Assembly (NCBI GenBank): GCA_965262915.1
Contig: OZ253564.1
Coordinates: 1,216,001 to 1,280,000, forward strand
Length of the DNA stretch: 64,000 nt
Reading direction: 5' to 3'
Origin: Candidatus Spongiisociaceae bacterium
GTDB taxonomy: Bacteria; Actinomycetota; Acidimicrobiia; Spongiisociales; Spongiisociaceae
Shown: in pieces, positions 62,575 to 64,000 of the stretch
Layout of the letters: every line of letters starts with the position of its first letter
How positions within the stretch are numbered: the stretch's first letter is position 1
The notes under the pieces: generated by a model
What the model saw: only the letters and a program-made list of their open reading frames with translations
The model's database searches: none
What the model was told of the DNA's origin: nothing
Position numbers and translations under genes: made by a program

Positions 62575-63695
62575 CAGTCCAGCTGACACCGGACGAGGTT
62601 GTACAATCGTCTGTTAAATCCCTTGGATTTGATAAAGAACTCGCTGATTTTGAGACTCCTGAGGTGGTCGTAGAAGCGATAAGAAGAGCATCCTCATTCA
62701 TGTGTCCTACTTCTCCGCGCCGTCTTGTCCAGGCAGTTGTGGAGGTGATGCGGGGACTAGTATCGTCAGAACTATCTGACGATGACGAGGCATCGGTCAG
62801 CGCTCTTCTCGAGGCCGTGACCGCTTACGGAGACCTTGTGGAGGTGCCTCTCGAAGATGAGTCAGGGATCTCACGCCGTGTAGTGTTCCTCGGACCCCCG
62901 TCGTATGTGACAGTTTCGTCAACGATCGTACTCTTGGTCGGCTTACGAGGTGAGGGCCTTGCGCTGTTGGACGAATTGCTCAGCAAGCGTGTCGTGCACC
63001 AGGTCCACGTACGGCGTATGGAACTCGAACAAGGTGAAAACGCAGCGGCACTGTTCAGATCGAGCGATCTCCGGGAGCTCAGTATTGACCAGTGGCTTGA
63101 GCATCCTCGATTCTGTACTCCTCGTGATGTGTACGAAGAGTACAGCAAAAGCCTCAATGCTAGTGGTCCATCCGGGACCATCGAAGGATGTAGAATTCTC
63201 GATCCAGGAAAGTCTCCGACTTACTACCGAGGCCGCTGGCGCTCACCGACGCGTAAGGACTTCGGTCGTTTCGTCGCCCGGCGACCGGTTGAGTTCGGAG
63301 CGGACCTGTGGTGCTTCGCTGAGCTAAGCGAAGGTAACGTCGAGCGGCTCATCGACTTACCCGTGCACCACCTCCTCAACCGAGGCTGCGACGAGGCTTG
63401 GCGTCTGCAAGCGGCGGTAGACTACCTCAACGGAAACCCACAGACAGTCCGAGTTGGGTCCGCCTATTGCTCAAGTGACGTACTTCTTCACCTACGATCA
63501 CCGGTCCCTTCCTGGGCCCAACGCTACCTTGAAACCCTTGGTAGGCCTCTCCCTCGACAACGAGGTAGTCTCATCTCATTCAACATTGCCAAATGTTTGC
63601 TCCAAGACGCCCTGCGGTTTCTAGGCGAATCGATGTGGATTGACCACGAGTACGATGATGGCAGATATGAGACACCAGAGCCTGACGATCGGTGA
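62568..63695 (+). CDS. Druantia-associated protein of unknown function (DruG-like by position)
   Basis: 375 aa; overlaps both neighbours; YYRGRW, DEAWRLQ. Confidence 0.6.
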   Translation: MVAVQLTPDEVVQSSVKSLGFDKELADFETPEVVVEAIRRASSFMCPTSPRRLVQAVVEVMRGLVSSELSDDDEASVSALLEAVTAYGDLVEVPLEDESGISRRVVFLGPPSYVTVSSTIVLLVGLRGEGLALLDELLSKRVVHQVHVRRMELEQGENAAALFRSSDLRELSIDQWLEHPRFCTPRDVYEEYSKSLNASGPSGTIEGCRILDPGKSPTYYRGRWRSPTRKDFGRFVARRPVEFGADLWCFAELSEGNVERLIDLPVHHLLNRGCDEAWRLQAAVDYLNGNPQTVRVGSAYCSSDVLLHLRSPVPSWAQRYLETLGRPLPRQRGSLISFNIAKCLLQDALRFLGESMWIDHEYDDGRYETPEPDDR

Positions 63696-64000
63696 AACGA
63701 CCGAGGAGATCCGTACCGCCCTCAAGGACTACATCGAAGCCGCCTATCATATAAGTCATCCGACTGTTGTTACACAACGTAGTCGATTACTTGACAAGCC
63801 CGGGGTGATCAGCCAGGAGCCCTTTCTCGAGAGCACACCTCGCTACCAGCTGGGTGATAGATTCGCCTCGTTGCGGATTCCGAGAACAGCAAAAAAGCTT
63901 CTTACACAGATGGCAGAGGCAACGCTGGTCCACGACCCCCCGTATCGCCATCAGGCCGAGGCGATTGAGGGAGTAATCACAGATGGGCGGAGCCTGGTGG
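63667..64000 (+). CDS. druE: DruE-like DEAD/DEAH helicase, N-terminus only
   Basis: LKDYIEAAYHISHP...PFLESTPRY...Q motif PYRHQAEA; runs off the window just before the expected Walker A. Confidence 0.7.
   Translation, partial: MRHQSLTIGETTEEIRTALKDYIEAAYHISHPTVVTQRSRLLDKPGVISQEPFLESTPRYQLGDRFASLRIPRTAKKLLTQMAEATLVHDPPYRHQAEAIEGVITDGRSLV

Overview
High-GC DNA that looks actinobacterial (possibly Acidimicrobiia; inferred from gene content and IS types, not confirmed). It is almost all accessory and heavily decayed. 0-22 kb holds: a disrupted catabolic cluster (four VOC/glyoxalase genes, an LLM-type oxidoreductase, a double alpha/beta-hydrolase, a membrane protein and a hidden ferredoxin remnant); a broken N6-methyltransferase/type IIG R-M gene; a HEPN gene; a dehalogenase-like hydrolase; a UGA-containing UxxC redoxin lipoprotein (probable selenoprotein); and an IS3 carrying nested IS30 and IS630 elements inside one VOC gene. 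23-64 kb is a defence-rich mobile island: a P4-type tyrosine integrase, an unassigned membrane protein + metallo-beta-lactamase-fold pair, DUF6338, a three-gene micro-operon, HigBA-ImmA, a Lamassu/ABC-3C operon, a NucS-like nuclease, a MobF relaxase-helicase-primase fusion, a DUF4352 gene between two inverted dif-like sites, a HEPN-motif gene, type III R-M, many IS scraps, and at the right edge a Druantia-like operon headed by a GHKL/MORC ATPase. The best candidates for something new are the MORC + DruA Druantia variant, the dif-flanked cassette with its repeat family, and the membrane protein + MBL pair. All family calls come from motifs recognised by eye; no database search was run.
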